Assembly (NCBI GenBank): GCA_043228905.1
Contig: JBHGNT010000010.1
Span: 15,438,001-15,502,000 of the forward strand
Direction of reading: 5' to 3'
From: Azolla caroliniana
Lineage: Eukaryota; Plantae; Polypodiophyta
Length of the DNA stretch: 64,000 nucleotides
This document shows positions 26,543 through 40,431 of the stretch, piece by piece; the first letter of the stretch is position 1, and the number at the start of each line of letters is the position of its first letter. The notes beneath the pieces are model-generated. The model worked only from the letters and a program-made list of their open reading frames with translations. It was not told where the DNA came from and did no database searches. The translations under genes and the position numbers were made by a program.

Positions 26543-29116
26543 CAGTGTTGGGCAAAGTCCTAGGAACAGTGTCAGCCTTCCGGTTGCATTGGGACTTTTG
26601 CCGGCCAAGGTGGGGGAATGCCGGAATTGATTCCGGCCAGGTTATCCTACCAACAGGAATCTAGCCGGTTGATATTTTTTCAACCGGCTAGTTATATAGT
26701 TTTTAAAAAATATAGGTATGTATATATAACAAATATATAGATTTAACTTTCCCCCTCTTTCCCCCTCTTTCCCCCTTTCTTCCCTCTCGACTCTGCAAAT
26801 AGTCACGTTTCTTGATCCCTGTTCACTATTTGCTTTCGTCTTCGTCTTCTGCTCCTCCTTCTTCTTCTTCTGCTTCATCTGCCCCTCCTGGAACAGACTA
26901 CGTCACTCTCTTTCAACCTTCATATGGAAATGCTCTAACTGGACTTGGTGCTTACACTCCAGGTATTCTCCATCATTCCCTTACAGAACTTTCTGCGGGA
27001 AATTTCCTTTGTTTTCTCTTCTCTTCTCGAATTTCTGTGTATAATTTTGTTTGTGACGTAGAACTGTGGTGACTCAGATGTGCATATCCATGCATTACAT
27101 ATAAGGTATATACAAAACCATCATAAAAAAAATAGCATGCAACATAGCTAAATATAGTTCAAACTATAACCCAAGGTCCTTTGCAAACTTCAATATAGAG
27201 AGGTAATTCAGTTGTTGAGATCTCGCTAGACTTAGTGATGACCAACTAATGGAATTGTATGATTGATTGGGTTTTGGAGGGCTTTAATTGATCTTTCAAT
27301 GTTGGTTAATGACATTAAGGAAAGTAATTCCCCAAACTTTATGTATGATAGGTTCTGGCAAATGTTTCTCCCTTAGCCAGTGGAATGATGGCCAGATTCA
27401 TTGACATGAAAAGACAATAAACCCTCGCATTACATAGTCTTGTACAGAGATTAGATACACTAAATGATGCAAGAATGAATCCAATGGACAATTTGGAGGC
27501 ATATTTAGAATAGTGGTGGTGATTAGTGAGGATCATAAGCATATATATGTTGAGATACATTACCCAATGCCCATAGGCATATATGACATGTTACTCCCAT
27601 TAATCATGGTTTCATTATATCTGAATTACCCAATGATAGATGGATCATCCAAACTTCCATCCACAGATTACCAAACTACCCATTAATCACTAACCATTAC
27701 CCATTAGAGCTAGATAATGGAGTTCCTTTATACAAACCATTGGATACTAATCATTGATAGTAAAGGGGGAGGGAGGAGGGGGGAGGGACTTCTTTTCTCT
27801 TCATTTCTTGGGCTTACTGCTGAATGTCTTCTTGAACCACTTGAGGAGGCGAGTCGCGCCGTTGCGAGACGGCGGCTTGGGGCTAATAACATGGTGGTTA
27901 TGCATCGGCACATTCGAAGATAAGATAGACACGCTTCCGACGCTCTTGCTCCTAGCAAAGTGTCCACCAAGGGGTGAAGGTGGGCATTGAACTTGAGTAG
28001 TAGTAGTACCTATGAGTAGATGGATGCCTTTGTGATCTTCTCCCACGGAATGATCATTAGCATCACCAATTCCATTGCCATTGATGTGGGCATTACCATA
28101 GCCATTGCCATTGCCAATACCATTGCCATTGTAATCCAATGCCCTCTATACAGTCCATTTCCCTTTTTTATCTTTTACTTCCTAATAGCCTAATCCTAAT
28201 CTATACATTAGTCATTACCTAATCTCTTTCAAAGCATCAAGCGTGACCCAATGGATTACTATCATGATTTAGAATGCCGATCATTAGATAACCTCCCATG
28301 ATTTGTCACATAAGATTTGTTATATGTCGGTTTATGCTCGTTGTCGTGAAGAGATGAAATGCAGGATGAAGTGCAAAAGGCCCCTTTGTGAGGCTTATGC
28401 AAGCATGTTGATGCCCCATAGGACAAAGTGATTGAAGTACACGCATGGATAAGGCTAATCATTTGTATGTTGTTGGTAACTTCAGGACATGACCCTATTG
28501 CAGTTCCATTTAGAGACTAATGAGGGGATCCCTTAACTTCACTAAATTGGATAGTAGATGACAAAGAGTACTACTACATGCGAAAAAATTATAGTTAGCT
28601 CCAATTAATCAAATTGCTTGTCCACTAAGAAGAGAATACCTAAAGTGATCATTAAGATGACATGGGTCACATATGTTCAATTAATCGAATTGCCTGCCCA
28701 TTGAGAAGAGATATACCAAAACTCATCACCAAGATGACAAGGGTTTAGGGGATGCATGTCTCTATGTATGTATAATTTTAGAAACACATGTTGTCCTTGG
28801 GGAGTTCTTCTTTGAACAAAGTAAAAGGGGATGTTATCGAGACAATAAAGGTTTGAAAAGTGAATTATGTTTATAGAGTTAGAATATTTTTTGGTAAATA
28901 TATATCTTTAGTTTTTGGGTTCCAAAATTTTGTGATTGATTTGATTTTGTATTGCATTAGATTTTTTTTTGGTTATGTGGCCAAAAAAAATTTCAACATG
29001 TTCCGGTTGACATTGTCGTTGGTAGGAACGTGGCCGGCCAAAATTTTAAAATTCCGGTTAGGTTCATGAGAAGCAGGAAAATTTCCGGTAGGGGCTACAA
29101 ACTTTGCCCAACACTG
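26543..29116. mobile_element. Non-autonomous hAT transposon (2574 bp) with gene-like internal cargo
   Basis: Perfect 16-bp TIRs cagtgttgggcaaagt / actttgcccaacactg. Exact 8-bp TSD agtatgac (26535-26542 and 29117-29124). Subterminal ccgg clusters at both ends. No transposase. Confidence 0.93.
27745..28139 (-). pseudogene. Possible captured host-gene fragment inside the non-autonomous hAT
   Basis: GC-richer reading frame with GN repeats, QCPPSPLGGHFARSKSVGS and RLLKWFKKTFSSKPKK. Source gene not recognised. Confidence 0.4.
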
Positions 29117-31975
29117 AGTATGACAATTACTTGCCAAGAGTTAAGAAATTTAAAGATTCCTTCATAACTAAGATTGATTGTTAAACAGGGTACACCAATA
29201 ATTGAAGACTCTACACAACTATATGGGAAAATGAGCTCATAAATGAAATTGAACTCATGAGTAGAGTTTGAGCTTATGACTCAAAAAAACATAGACAACT
29301 AAACTTTTGACGATAAAAATATCAAAAGATAAAGAATCTTGGACAAATAACTTCAAGAATATTGGGATGATATAGCCGATGTTTTCACATCCTCTTTACA
29401 AGAAGTTTTTAAGTTGGGAAGGATGTCTGCTAAATGGAATGAAGGAATGGTTTATTTGATTCCAAAGTTAGAAGAGGTGGTGGATGATATTAAGAAATGG
29501 AGGCCTATAACAATTTAAAATACTATATATAAAGTTTATGCTAAATTATTAGCTACACATTTGCAACCTTTTCTTCCACATATTGTACATAAAACAAAGG
29601 AGTATATTTGATAATATTTTCATGTTTTGGGAGATGATAGCTATAGCGCAAGAAACAAAGCAAGAATTAACAATATCCTTTTTGGATTTTGAGAAAGCAT
29701 ATGATAGAGTCGATCAAAATTTCTTATACAAAGTTATGCGCCATCTAGGTCTTCCAGGTGACTCTGTTAAGGCGGTTTAAAATATTATATATAAAGTTTA
29801 TGCTAAATTATTAGCTACACGTTTGCAACCTTTTCTTCCACATATTGTGGATAAAACAAAGGAGTATATTTGATAATATTTTCATGTTTTGGGAGATGAT
29901 AGCTATAGCGCAAGAAACAAAACAATAATTAACAATATCGTTTTTGGATTTTGAGAAAGCATATGATAGAGTCGATCAGAATTTCTTATACAAAGTTATG
30001 CGCCGTTTAGGTCTTCCAGGTGACTCTGTTAAGGCGGTTTTTACATTATATAATTCAACATCTATTCGAGTTCTTGTTCGAGGAGCACTAGGTAATACGT
30101 TTTTGATGACTAGATCAGTGAGACAAGGATGTCCTTTGGCACCATATTTATTTTTGTTTGTGGGAGAAGCCTATAGTGCATTCTTGCATAAGAACATGTT
30201 ATCTATTAAGGGTATACAATGGCCAGGTGAGGAGGAGGTCATGTTAGACTATGAATTTGCAGATGACACAACATTATATGTTGTAGGAGATGACAACAAT
30301 CTTTGTAATGTGCAAAATGTGATCCATGATTTCTATGATGCTTCAGGTGCTATCATTAATTGGAATAAATCAATGGGATTTTGGGTTGGGGAAGGTCTTA
30401 CTCCTACTTGTTGTCCAGACATTGGATTCCATTGGATACCAAAGGGCTCTCTTGTGAGATATTTAGGGTGTCAAGTGGGAATAAAACTTCCTCTAGAAGC
30501 TCATATCCAACGATTACTACTTTCTTTGAAGAAGAAGTTGATCTTTTGGAGTTCTAAGAATTTGTCACTTGTGAGGAAGCTAGTTATTTCTAATCAAGTA
30601 TTACTCTCCTCAATGTGGTATATTCTATCCCTTGGTTATTCTCTAGATCTTTGTTTTCAAAGTTATAGAGGTTGATTAGGAATTTTTTATGGGGATCTAC
30701 TAATTGTAAGAATGTTAGACCAAAGGTAGGTTGGAAAACTATTATAGTGCCAACTTCTCAAGGGGGTTTAGGTTTGGTAGATTCTCTAATGCAATGTAAG
30801 GCATTATTGGCAAAATTTATAGTACGAGGATTACTACCAAGAAATGAGCCTTGGAAGCTTCTTCTTTAGCCGAGAATGAAAGAGGTCTTCCTGAAAACTA
30901 GAAGTGGATGGACATGGTCTCTCCGATGGTGGTTTATTCCTAACTTCCATTCACATAAGATAGTGTTTCAAAATGATAGATTCTTCATTATGATAAAGCG
31001 AGCTTGGTGGTCCATCAAGGATAAATTGCAACAAGTCCGACCCACTTTGATGGATGAATGGTTACATCAACCCTTGATTTGGAATCCTTTATTTCTAGAT
31101 GTTGAAGGATCTATGTTGGGAAGGAGAGTTAGATTAAATTGGGCTCAAGTGGATTTATCTTTTGCCTCATCAATTAGTAATTGGCAAAAATTTGTTCACA
31201 AACCTACGAGCATATTATTCAACAAGAGTATAGAGGAATAAGAGGAGGAAAGGTGATAGTTGATGAGTTAAGGAAGTTGTAGTTACCCTCGCAAGATAAT
31301 ATACTTTCTAATTGTCATAAGTGGGTGGGATTATTTTCAAAATTTCAGATTCTACTTGGAGTCTTTGGCCTTAGAGATGGTGATACTTTCTTAAGTTATG
31401 ATGTTCTAAAGGATGGACGATTAGGGATGATTCCCCAGGAAGATGAATGTTTGGTTGATGCTATATTAAAACCTATTAGAATTCTAGCTAAGGTAGATAA
31501 GGTTTGGGTCCTTGACCCTGATCCTAATGATCTTCATCTATGGTGGGATCTATGGGCAGTGGGAAAAAAACCATTATATGAATTGGAATGGAAGTGGCTA
31601 CCTACATCATATTCTGGGGAGGATGTTAGGCCGATTCTATTTTTTCAATATTCCGTTCGATTGGGAAGGGAGATGATACGATGTAGGGTACCCCATTGGC
31701 CGACAACAGCTACAACGTGGTTGACTTATAATTATGTTGATCCTACTCACATGACAACATTTTGGAAATGGTTATGGGCTATGCAAATTCCAAAGAAGAT
31801 TATTCTATTTAGATGGTTGATTGTTCATTATGCAGTTCCTATTAGGGTTTGGATGTATTGTAAAGATGTGGATATAATGTATGATTTTTGTGGGTTAGAA
31901 GTGGAGTCTCTTCATCACCTATTCTGGTCATGTATGGCTGCCAAATTGGTTTGGAAAAGGTTTTTACGTCTCTTG

Positions 31976-34180
31976 TGTTATCCGTGGGACAAAGGGCACG
32001 AGGTGTGAAACGAACGAGTAAGTAAAGTAGGTGAAGAAGATGCTTATAGATCCCTAAAGGTGATGTTATCACACACACCGGTGGTGCAACCTCCCAACTG
32101 ATCACAACCTTTTCATCTTTTCATCAACGCGTCCAACGTGGCCATCAGAAGCGCTCTCATGCAACAGACACCTCCAAACTGGTATTGACTAGTATACTAT
32201 GCTAGTAGACGACTCTCGACGGCCGAAAAGAATTATTCGACAATGGAACATGAAGCACTCAACATGATATACAATATAACAAAGTTTCGGCACTATCTGC
32301 TAGGCCGAAAATTTAAGTTCCATGTCGATCGCTTGACATTACTATATGTAGTCCACAAGCAGGCACTGACTGGCTGATTGGCACAATGGATGTTACTTCT
32401 CCAAGAATTCAAATTCGACATACACCATTGGCCAGTGGTACAACACGTGGTTGCAGACTATATGAGTCAACTTGAATCGGGGGAACCAGCTGAAACCGTA
32501 TATGATGATTTGGCCGACGTCAACATTTTTGCTATGGACCCTACGACACCACATACCGAAATTGAGGATGAATGGATAAATGCCATATTTCACTTCCTCA
32601 ACACAGGACTTCCACCGAACCATTTGCCCCTAGATGCCAAGAAGTGATTAGCAGTCTACAGCCGGAATTTTTGCCTGTTTGCCGATACGCTCTACCATAA
32701 GGGCTCGGACGGCATTTGGCGCCACGCGGGAAACACATTACGGGATAGCCGAGCGACACTATGCTGGAGACGCCACGGCTCGGTGTCGTGAAGTACGAAA
32801 GCTTCACATTAAAAGTCTACAATAAGATAAATACGTAACTAAAATAACATTTGATAATGTTTTATATATAAAGATAATATTAACAACACATATGATAATA
32901 TTATATATATGTAAAGAAAAATAATATATGTATATATAGATAATATATATACACGAACAAGAGAGGACTTGAACCAATAACCCCACCCTATGACTCTCAA
33001 ATCTTACCATTTACTCTATACTAGTAATATACATAAAATAAAGCATACTTTATATTACATAAAGGATTTGCTTCATGATATAAAAGTAAAGTTGTATGTT
33101 GTATTCAATAGTATTTTGAGACTCAAACCCACAACCTCATACACCAAAGTCAACACACCTACCATTAGGCTAGGCCCTTTCTCTTTAAGATTAGAAATTT
33201 TCATGTTCATTGTTATTGCATATATTGTTTCATACATAAAAGCTCAAATGAGTGAGATGTTTATCATGCATCACATGTAATGCATTAACGCCAAATGGCG
33301 ATCATGCATCACATTCATTTCATGCACTACATGCATGACTTGTACCCTCCAATGCATCATATGCATGGGGGCACCTATTTAAATGGTGAAAGAGAAGATC
33401 AAAGGGGGATATGTAGGAGATATCAATCAAATTATGTATTACATAAGAGATACAATAAAAATAGAGAAAGAGGGGAAGAAGTTAAACATAAACATGGAGC
33501 TCTAGCTTGGCGGTCGTGGTGGTCAACTCTCAACAAGAGGGAGGCAGTTCGAGCCTTATCTTCATCAAAATATTGAAGTGAAGATTGTAGTGGTCTACGA
33601 TCAAGAAAGAGAAGAGCGATTACCTTGCAAGACAAAGTTCGGAGGTTCAACGACATGCACAATCATTTTGTAACTCTTTCATGAAAATGATTATAAATTT
33701 CATACACTTTCTCATATATTATTTTGTATCTTATCTTGTCTTATCTTATATTCCTTAAAAATCCTATTTTGTCATATCTTATTGATCTCTATTCACTCCA
33801 TCTCTACTCTTTCGTCTCTTCCGTCCATAATCCCAGTGATTCCTTCCTCACTTTCACGTTATCCTTTATGTGCGCAACGGTACGCTTCTAGGCGAGCCAC
33901 GTCACGACATCGGAAAATTTGGCAGAGCGGGTTATGGTGGCCCACCACGGAAAAAGATGCCCAAGAATTCTGTAGGCAATGCGATTTATGCCAACTCATG
34001 GGCCAACCCATAGAGCAAGCCTGAATGCCGCACTAATTGGTTCTTTTGTTAGAACCTTTCCGAAAGTGGGGTTTGGATTTTGTCGGCCCATTCCAACCGG
34101 TCGCGACTCGAACCAAAAATAAATATATCATTGTGGCAACCGATCTCACCACCCACTATGCGGTAGTGCATAAGAAAAGC
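31976..34180 (+). mobile_element. Internally deleted Gypsy fragment (RNase H and integrase), related to the element at 47805-57976
   Basis: VYYASRRLS, KFRHYLLGRKF, WMLLLQEF, HYAGDATA|RKIWQSGLWWPT, KWGLDFVGPF. Confidence 0.8.
32784..33909 (+). mobile_element. Solo LTR (1126 bp) with 4-bp TSD
   Basis: Termini tgtcgtga and tcacgaca. tcgg is duplicated at 32780-32783 and 33910-33913. Removing the insert restores ATAR-KIWQ in the host integrase. Confidence 0.88.
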
Positions 34181-36898
34181 ATATGAAAAAGAAAAGGTTA
34201 ACTTTGCATTATATACAAGAGGTCGATATGTTGAGGAAGTGTCGTCATGTATGCTTATTAATTTAGTCTAGAATGGAGTGGTTTGGGAGATGATTAGTTC
34301 AATAACCTTATGGGTTTTGTGGACTAGTAGATTTCGAATGATATTTCAGCAAATTCAATGGAATGTTGTGGATGTACTCAAGGAGATTTGGGTGACCTTG
34401 GTGCATACACTAAAAGGAGAATATGATGCTATCAAAGGTGATTTAGATGTAGTCTTTCGAAAGCAAGAGGTTTTTAAGAAGAGATGGGAAAGGATGAAGG
34501 TATTCTGTATAGTTAATGGTGGTATATGTTAGAGGTATCAGCCACCGCTTTGGGTATTTCCTCCACTAACATGAGGCATGTGGCCATTTGATGGGATTGA
34601 CCTTTGTTGAGTCGATGCAGAACATTTACTCTTCTTTAGAACTTTAGAAGTCATTTTCATGCCCAAGAAACTTAGCATAGACTTTTTTGAGCTAGGCTTC
34701 TATCACGTGGCACTAGAATGTATTGAAGTAGCTTCATATGCTCAATATCGTGGTGTTGGGGCATGTCCCATTCAGTGTTTGGCACCGTCCAATATCTATG
34801 TTAGCGTTAACATCAATGTCATCCTCTAGATCAAGTAAAGGGTGTCATCCTTCTTAGCATAGCCAAACAAGTGTGATGTATGACTACCACTTGAAAATTT
34901 CTTATGGATGTCTTGAGCATTATTTAAATAGTGTGAAAAAGTAATGTGAATTCTTAGAGTCAACATGGATGATCCTCAACACTAAGAATTTTCAAGATTT
35001 TTGGATGCTCAAGCATTCTCCAATGGGGATGGAGAGCCTTGTTGGAAAAGAAGGGAGTAAATTTGCTAAACAAAAGAATTGATTACTATAATCAAACTCT
35101 GCAAAATGCAAATAGTTAACCCAATCATCTTGTTGGTAGTTGAAGAAACAATGAAGATATTGTTCTAAGGTTGGAGGACATGATACAAACTCTCTACATT
35201 AACAAGCCATAGTTGTGGATCCTTAAGTGGATTTTGGGTTGATATATAACCTAGTGACTAAATTTTGGTCTTAAAAAAGTAGTACACACCAAGTATTCTA
35301 TTGTTTCCTCATTGGTGTGCTCTTTTGGGCAAGGGCGAACCTTTGTATGAACCTTTGGTGAAAGTTTTGGTGGCTCGGTGGCTTCCATTATCTTGACACT
35401 TTAATCCATAATGCTCTTATCCTCTCATAGTGTAAAACATGTAAGGTTGTTAGACAATCTAACTGATAGTTCATCTTGTTCTAGGTAACTAGGTGGTGTA
35501 GAGATCCTAGTTTTGATACATGTTATTATGAATATCCACAAAACATAACTTATGGGACATTGTGTGCAAACATGCTTATGCTGAACTTGCAAGAGGAGGC
35601 TAGATTTGAGGGCTTTGTGAAAATAACGTTGTTGGGTGATACTAGTGTTGAGGTTATTTTCGTTAAACTTTTTGTTATTTCCTACTTCCCCTTTATTGAT
35701 GGCGCATCTTTGTGTGGATGTAGTATGGCATCCTAAACCGTTCATGTCTTCCTTGGGTTACAACACTTTGAAGATAGAATGTGAGAGTGGTCAAGAAAAT
35801 AGTGTATAATTTATTTTGTGCATGCAAAAATGACAAATATATACATTGAGTATTTGATTGAAGTAAGTGAACCATATCCAAGTTAAGGCCACAACTAATT
35901 AACAAACATATCTCATCACTAGCAAGAATCTTAAGAATTTCTTAATTAAATAGTAGAAGTGGATTTGCAAATTAACAAAAATGTGATTAGTTATTTTTAC
36001 CTACAACAATTGCATTTGAAATTTAAATGTGGTCATGGCAAATGGAAAAGGCATAAATATTTCACGATCTAGGCTTTAATTATCATAACTAAAATGATTA
36101 ATGTACTATTTAAATTTTGGTTGGAGTGGACTATGAAAGCGATTATTTGGATAAAGTTGATATTTGGTTACTCTACTATTTACAAATGTAGCTTTCAATT
36201 TCATAGGTTTTTCTTATCGGATTAGAGTAATGATGTTGTAGTATAATTTATTGTCTATTTTCATTGAGGTTTAGCTGATGCTAGGTTCAAATCTGAATTG
36301 GAAGAACCATGTACGTATCAACAAGGTAATACTTTCACACTTAGCTAACTTCATAGGAGTGGGGTTGTTTAGTATGGAGTTAAATATGTATGTCATATTG
36401 TAACTTTAGTTCGTTGCATTTTACTATCAAAGAGATGCCATTTTCTTTGCTTGGGCCAAAAGGAAACCCTTGTTTTCTTCTACAAGTTTCATGCTTGCAA
36501 GTTTTTGCCAATGGTAGAATATTGTGTTGGCGAAAGTCTTACAATTCACCAATCTAAAAACATGTTTTTAAAATATTTGTTTTTGTTTAAGAACTAAGAA
36601 ATAACTATTTAAATAGTACATCAATAGCCTCTTAGATCACAATTAAATGTAAAGTCCTAGTGAAAAACAAAGTGCTTTAGGGCTTTGTCAAAGGTGAATC
36701 CATGCCTCAAATAACATAGACCATTTGTAATACATTTGGCAAATTTAACATGATTGCGCGAATGGGTGCATTTAGAGTCACATTTTCTAAACCATGTTTT
36801 ATGTAGGATGAAAGGTGTGGTGTCAATGAATTAGGGCCACATTTTGTTGGATGAGTGACCAATATTGAATATTGACTCTATTGGTGAGAACCTAGCTC

Positions 36899-36932
36899 CA
36901 CACACACACACGCACGCACGCACGCACGCGTG

Positions 36933-37001
<69 letters not shown>
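36899..37001. repeat. (CA)n/(CACG)n compound microsatellite
   Basis: Direct reading of the sequence. Confidence 0.95.
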
Positions 37002-37003
<2 letters not shown>

Positions 37004-37972
37004 AACAAGTATAGGAAACCATGACATATGTTTGAATATTCCAATCTAAGCCAATATACATTGACGCATGTGACGTGAGTCCCCTTAGCAACAAGACCTT
37101 TTCCCAAACATACCATATGAGTGAGAGGGTAGAAGTTGAGAAAGAGCTTTGCACTTTATCCTAAAACTTTTCTTGGGCCCTTACATCTCATGGGCAAGAG
37201 AAATGGAAATGATATGAGTGAAACATCAACATCCTTAAGTGAAAGAGATCGTTAATATGTGTATTCAAAACATAACAACTAGCTATATATCTTGAGTTAT
37301 TGTTTTTGTTGTGCATGATTATCTTAGTGAGAAAATATTCTTATATTTGTCATCGTAAAACATGAGATTATGATATTTGATCACCGAGTTCATCCACCAA
37401 GTATCATGATAAAAATAATTGTTTGGGACGATTATAATGATAAAGACACGACACATATACTATAAACCGTACATGGCATGGGATGCCACAAAGTACATTG
37501 CCAAGTAAATGATGTTTTGATGTGCCATTTTAAAATTGCACTCATTGTCATGAGATGTGAATGATATCTACTTAATCATTAATGGCTTGGTCACAAACTT
37601 TTGATGCACTTTTCCAAATCAAAAGTGTGATGAGGTAGGATATTATGAACAATTTATTGATGTAATTGGAATGACCCAAGGACCTTTTTTGTTTCTAATT
37701 TTATGGTTAAGAACCTTTGTAGAAAGAAACACCCACAGAAAATAATATGGTCCTCACTACATTGGATAATTGTGTACATGGATCATAGAATATATGATAT
37801 AGGGAAAGTTTTTGATATAAACTGGGTGATATTAGGGGTAAGGCTGCCTCGTGGTTTGAAAAATTTCACTACATACCCTTGGAAAAGTAAAGCCATTAAA
37901 ACTTCAATTATAGTCAAAACCTTTAGTAGGTGCTTGTGATAATAAGGTATATATTAAACGTCAAGGTGATAA

Positions 37973-38790
37973 ATCCATGATCATGTGGGTTTAACTGTTC
38001 CACCTAACCTTCCCATGTTAATGTCAAACCCTGTAAGGACCCCCACACGACTCTCCCATTCACATCGCATGCTGCCACTATCTTGAGACTTCTACCCCAA
38101 ATGTTGATCGCCTTTGCACAATTCCCAAAACAGTGACGTATCGATTCCAAAGAGTGTCCATATAACTTACAACCAACCTCCCCACCACGACACCTCATCC
38201 ACTCCCCTATAGGTATCGCCTTATGGCTAAGATGTGTTGGACTAAGACCTGGCACAAACTCTGGTTTTTTGGAGGAGATATGGATGTTGGTGGCGTGCTT
38301 ATCGTCCTGGCACATTTGGACCAGGCGCTATATGTTTGTTTTTCAGCAATGAAAGCTCCCAAGCAGTGAGGTGTTGCTAAACATTTGGTTCGAGCTGGTA
38401 TCTTGGCTGCAGCTTGCACAAACGATACAACTTGATTCAAGGGGACTTAGATGAAGCAGAAAGGGTTCGGTCAAAGTTTTTGTTGAAATGGGGTGGTTCT
38501 CCTATGATGGTCAAATCATCGTTAGGGCCTAAATGGAACTACCAAGTACCTAGATGGCTATTTCCGCCAATGGCTTCCATTAGTGGGCAGGAGATGTAAA
38601 TATGTATAGCTGTGGTACAAGTAAGTTACCATGTAAAAAGAGTCGGTGGGATACTTTTGTTGTAAATGAGGCGGTGAGGATTATGATTAGTTTTGTGGGG
38701 AGAAGTGTGAGTTTTGCTAAATATGGTTGAACTTTGATGTACTTCGTTTGCTAACTAATGTGAAGTAGTGTTTTTTTGGAAAAAAATAAA
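37973..38790 (+). mobile_element. 5'-truncated, 5'-inverted L1 insertion
   Basis: About 37975-38245 encodes zf-RVT on the minus strand (HKAIPIGEW..ESIRHCFGNC). 38246-38790 is the sense ORF2 C-terminus (FLEEIWMLVAC, WNYQVPRWLFPP) plus 3' UTR and A tail. TSD aaa(c/g)gt(c/t)aaggtgataa at 37956-37972 and 38791-38807. Confidence 0.85.
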
Positions 38791-38928
38791 AAAGGTTAAG
38801 GTGATAATCCTAAATGCATTGAAAGTTTCACTAGTTTATATAAGGATAGAGGAAAATTTTGCACAAATTTCATGATCATAATTCCTATGAGAAACCCGTT
38901 ATAATTACCATGTCACGACAATCTACAA

Positions 38929-39292
38929 TGTAGTATATGTACCATACGCGCATTCACATTCGCGAATGTTTCAATCATTCGAGTAAGAAAAACACCCTTA
39001 AAGAATAACTATAACTTCGCCTTTCGATCAGAAAACAGGGTGATAAAAAAAAAGAGTCAAATGAAAGAAGAGCAAGTGGTAAGGTAGTGGGTTTTGATCC
39101 CGCCATACTTTTGGATTAACTATTTATTATGAGGTAAATAAGCCTAAAAGATGGAAAAAAACAAAAAAAAAACATTAAAAAAAGGGAAAAAAACAAAAAA
39201 AAACACAAGAATGTTTGAATAACATTCCCATTCGTTTTCCAACGTAGGAAAATGAATGTTATGCTAGATGAACACGAATTTTACGTACTATG
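38929..39292. mobile_element. Possible old hAT-type MITE
   Basis: Flanked by atctaca(a/t) 8-mers (38921-38928 and 39293-39300), with weak terminal inverted similarity and internal cattcg/gaatg repeats. Confidence 0.3.
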
Positions 39293-40141
39293 ATCTACAT
39301 AATATGATATAAGTACAACAATTTTCAACGACTACTGCACATTACATCAACAACGTTGAATGGCATAATGGTATTTTGTGCACAAATAGATTATGAAAGT
39401 AAATTTTTAATGAATGATATGTGTTGTTCATATTCGTTAGTAATGCAACTTTGCTTTAGTTGCTTATTAAATATATCTAGGGGGTATAAATGTTTAATAA
39501 ATCTAATATTGAATAATATCACTAAATCTTAATATTCAACTCCATGTAATTTTAAGGCAAACTAGGATAATGCCATGATTGCCCTTCATGTCAAGCAGTG
39601 TTGCCTTTTGATGGCCGTTTTGAACGTTTTTGGCAAATTTAACCGTATATGAAAGTTAATTTTAAAATGAAACCGTCAATCTTGACGGGCATATGTTTTA
39701 TGAAAACGTAAAAATGAAGGCTTAAAATTTCATAATACCGTCAAATTTTACTAAGACCAATACTATAGTAGTATAGTCCTAGGTAGTAGGAACAAATTGT
39801 TCAAGTTGCATTGGGAGTGTAGGAATTTGAAAGGCTCACATATGTCACTATGTGTGTAACAAAAAGGTAAAAAAACTAATAGAGTCTAAATTATGAATCT
39901 TTACTTCCCAATTCCTCGTTTCCCCATCTAAGACCTTCCTTTCCCTTTCCCCCCCTTTTCCCCCTTTTCCCCCCTTTTCCCCCATTTTCCCTGTTTGTTC
40001 GTTGCTCCCTCAACCCTGCACCTTGCTGGAAGCTCGCAACTCAGTGCTCACTATCCCTACTCGAAGCTTGTTGCTCGTTGCCTGCTACTCATAGATTCAG
40101 CAACATCTCCTACAACAGTCCTGCTCACCCATCTAAGGTAG

Positions 40142-40179
<38 letters not shown>

Positions 40180-40431
40180 AAGATTAAAATAGACTAAACC
40201 ATCCTCATTGAAGCAATAGGATCCTAATGAATATATTTGCATGCTGCTCATATTTGCCTCACTTCCAGAAATAGATTGCAGAAAAAAGGATGTCTCTAAT
40301 GTATCCTTACAGAGGATAAGCATACACATGAAGACTCCATTGATACCTTCAATTCCTACAAAATGAATTTTACACCATAAAGTGTAAAAAAAAAACTGAA
40401 ACCTCAAAAACTATCCCAAGATAAAACGTCT

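Larger units (their letters stand above)
29340..34575 (+). mobile_element. Decayed 5'-truncated L1 ORF2 interrupted by a Gypsy fragment
   Basis: GMVYLIPK, WRPIT, LDFEKAYDRV, RSVRQGCPLAPYLF, FADD and ESLHHLFWSC. The C-terminus resumes at about 34200-34575 (LWVLWTSR, YQPPLWVFPP). Confidence 0.88.

Noticed and set aside
28598-28740. Two roughly 60-bp direct repeats as a CRISPR-like array
   Set aside because: Only two diverged copies inside a eukaryotic transposon, consistent with an ordinary tandem duplication.
34900-36330. Exon-like patches suggesting a decayed gene
   Set aside because: No consistent reading frame or recognisable motif could be assembled.
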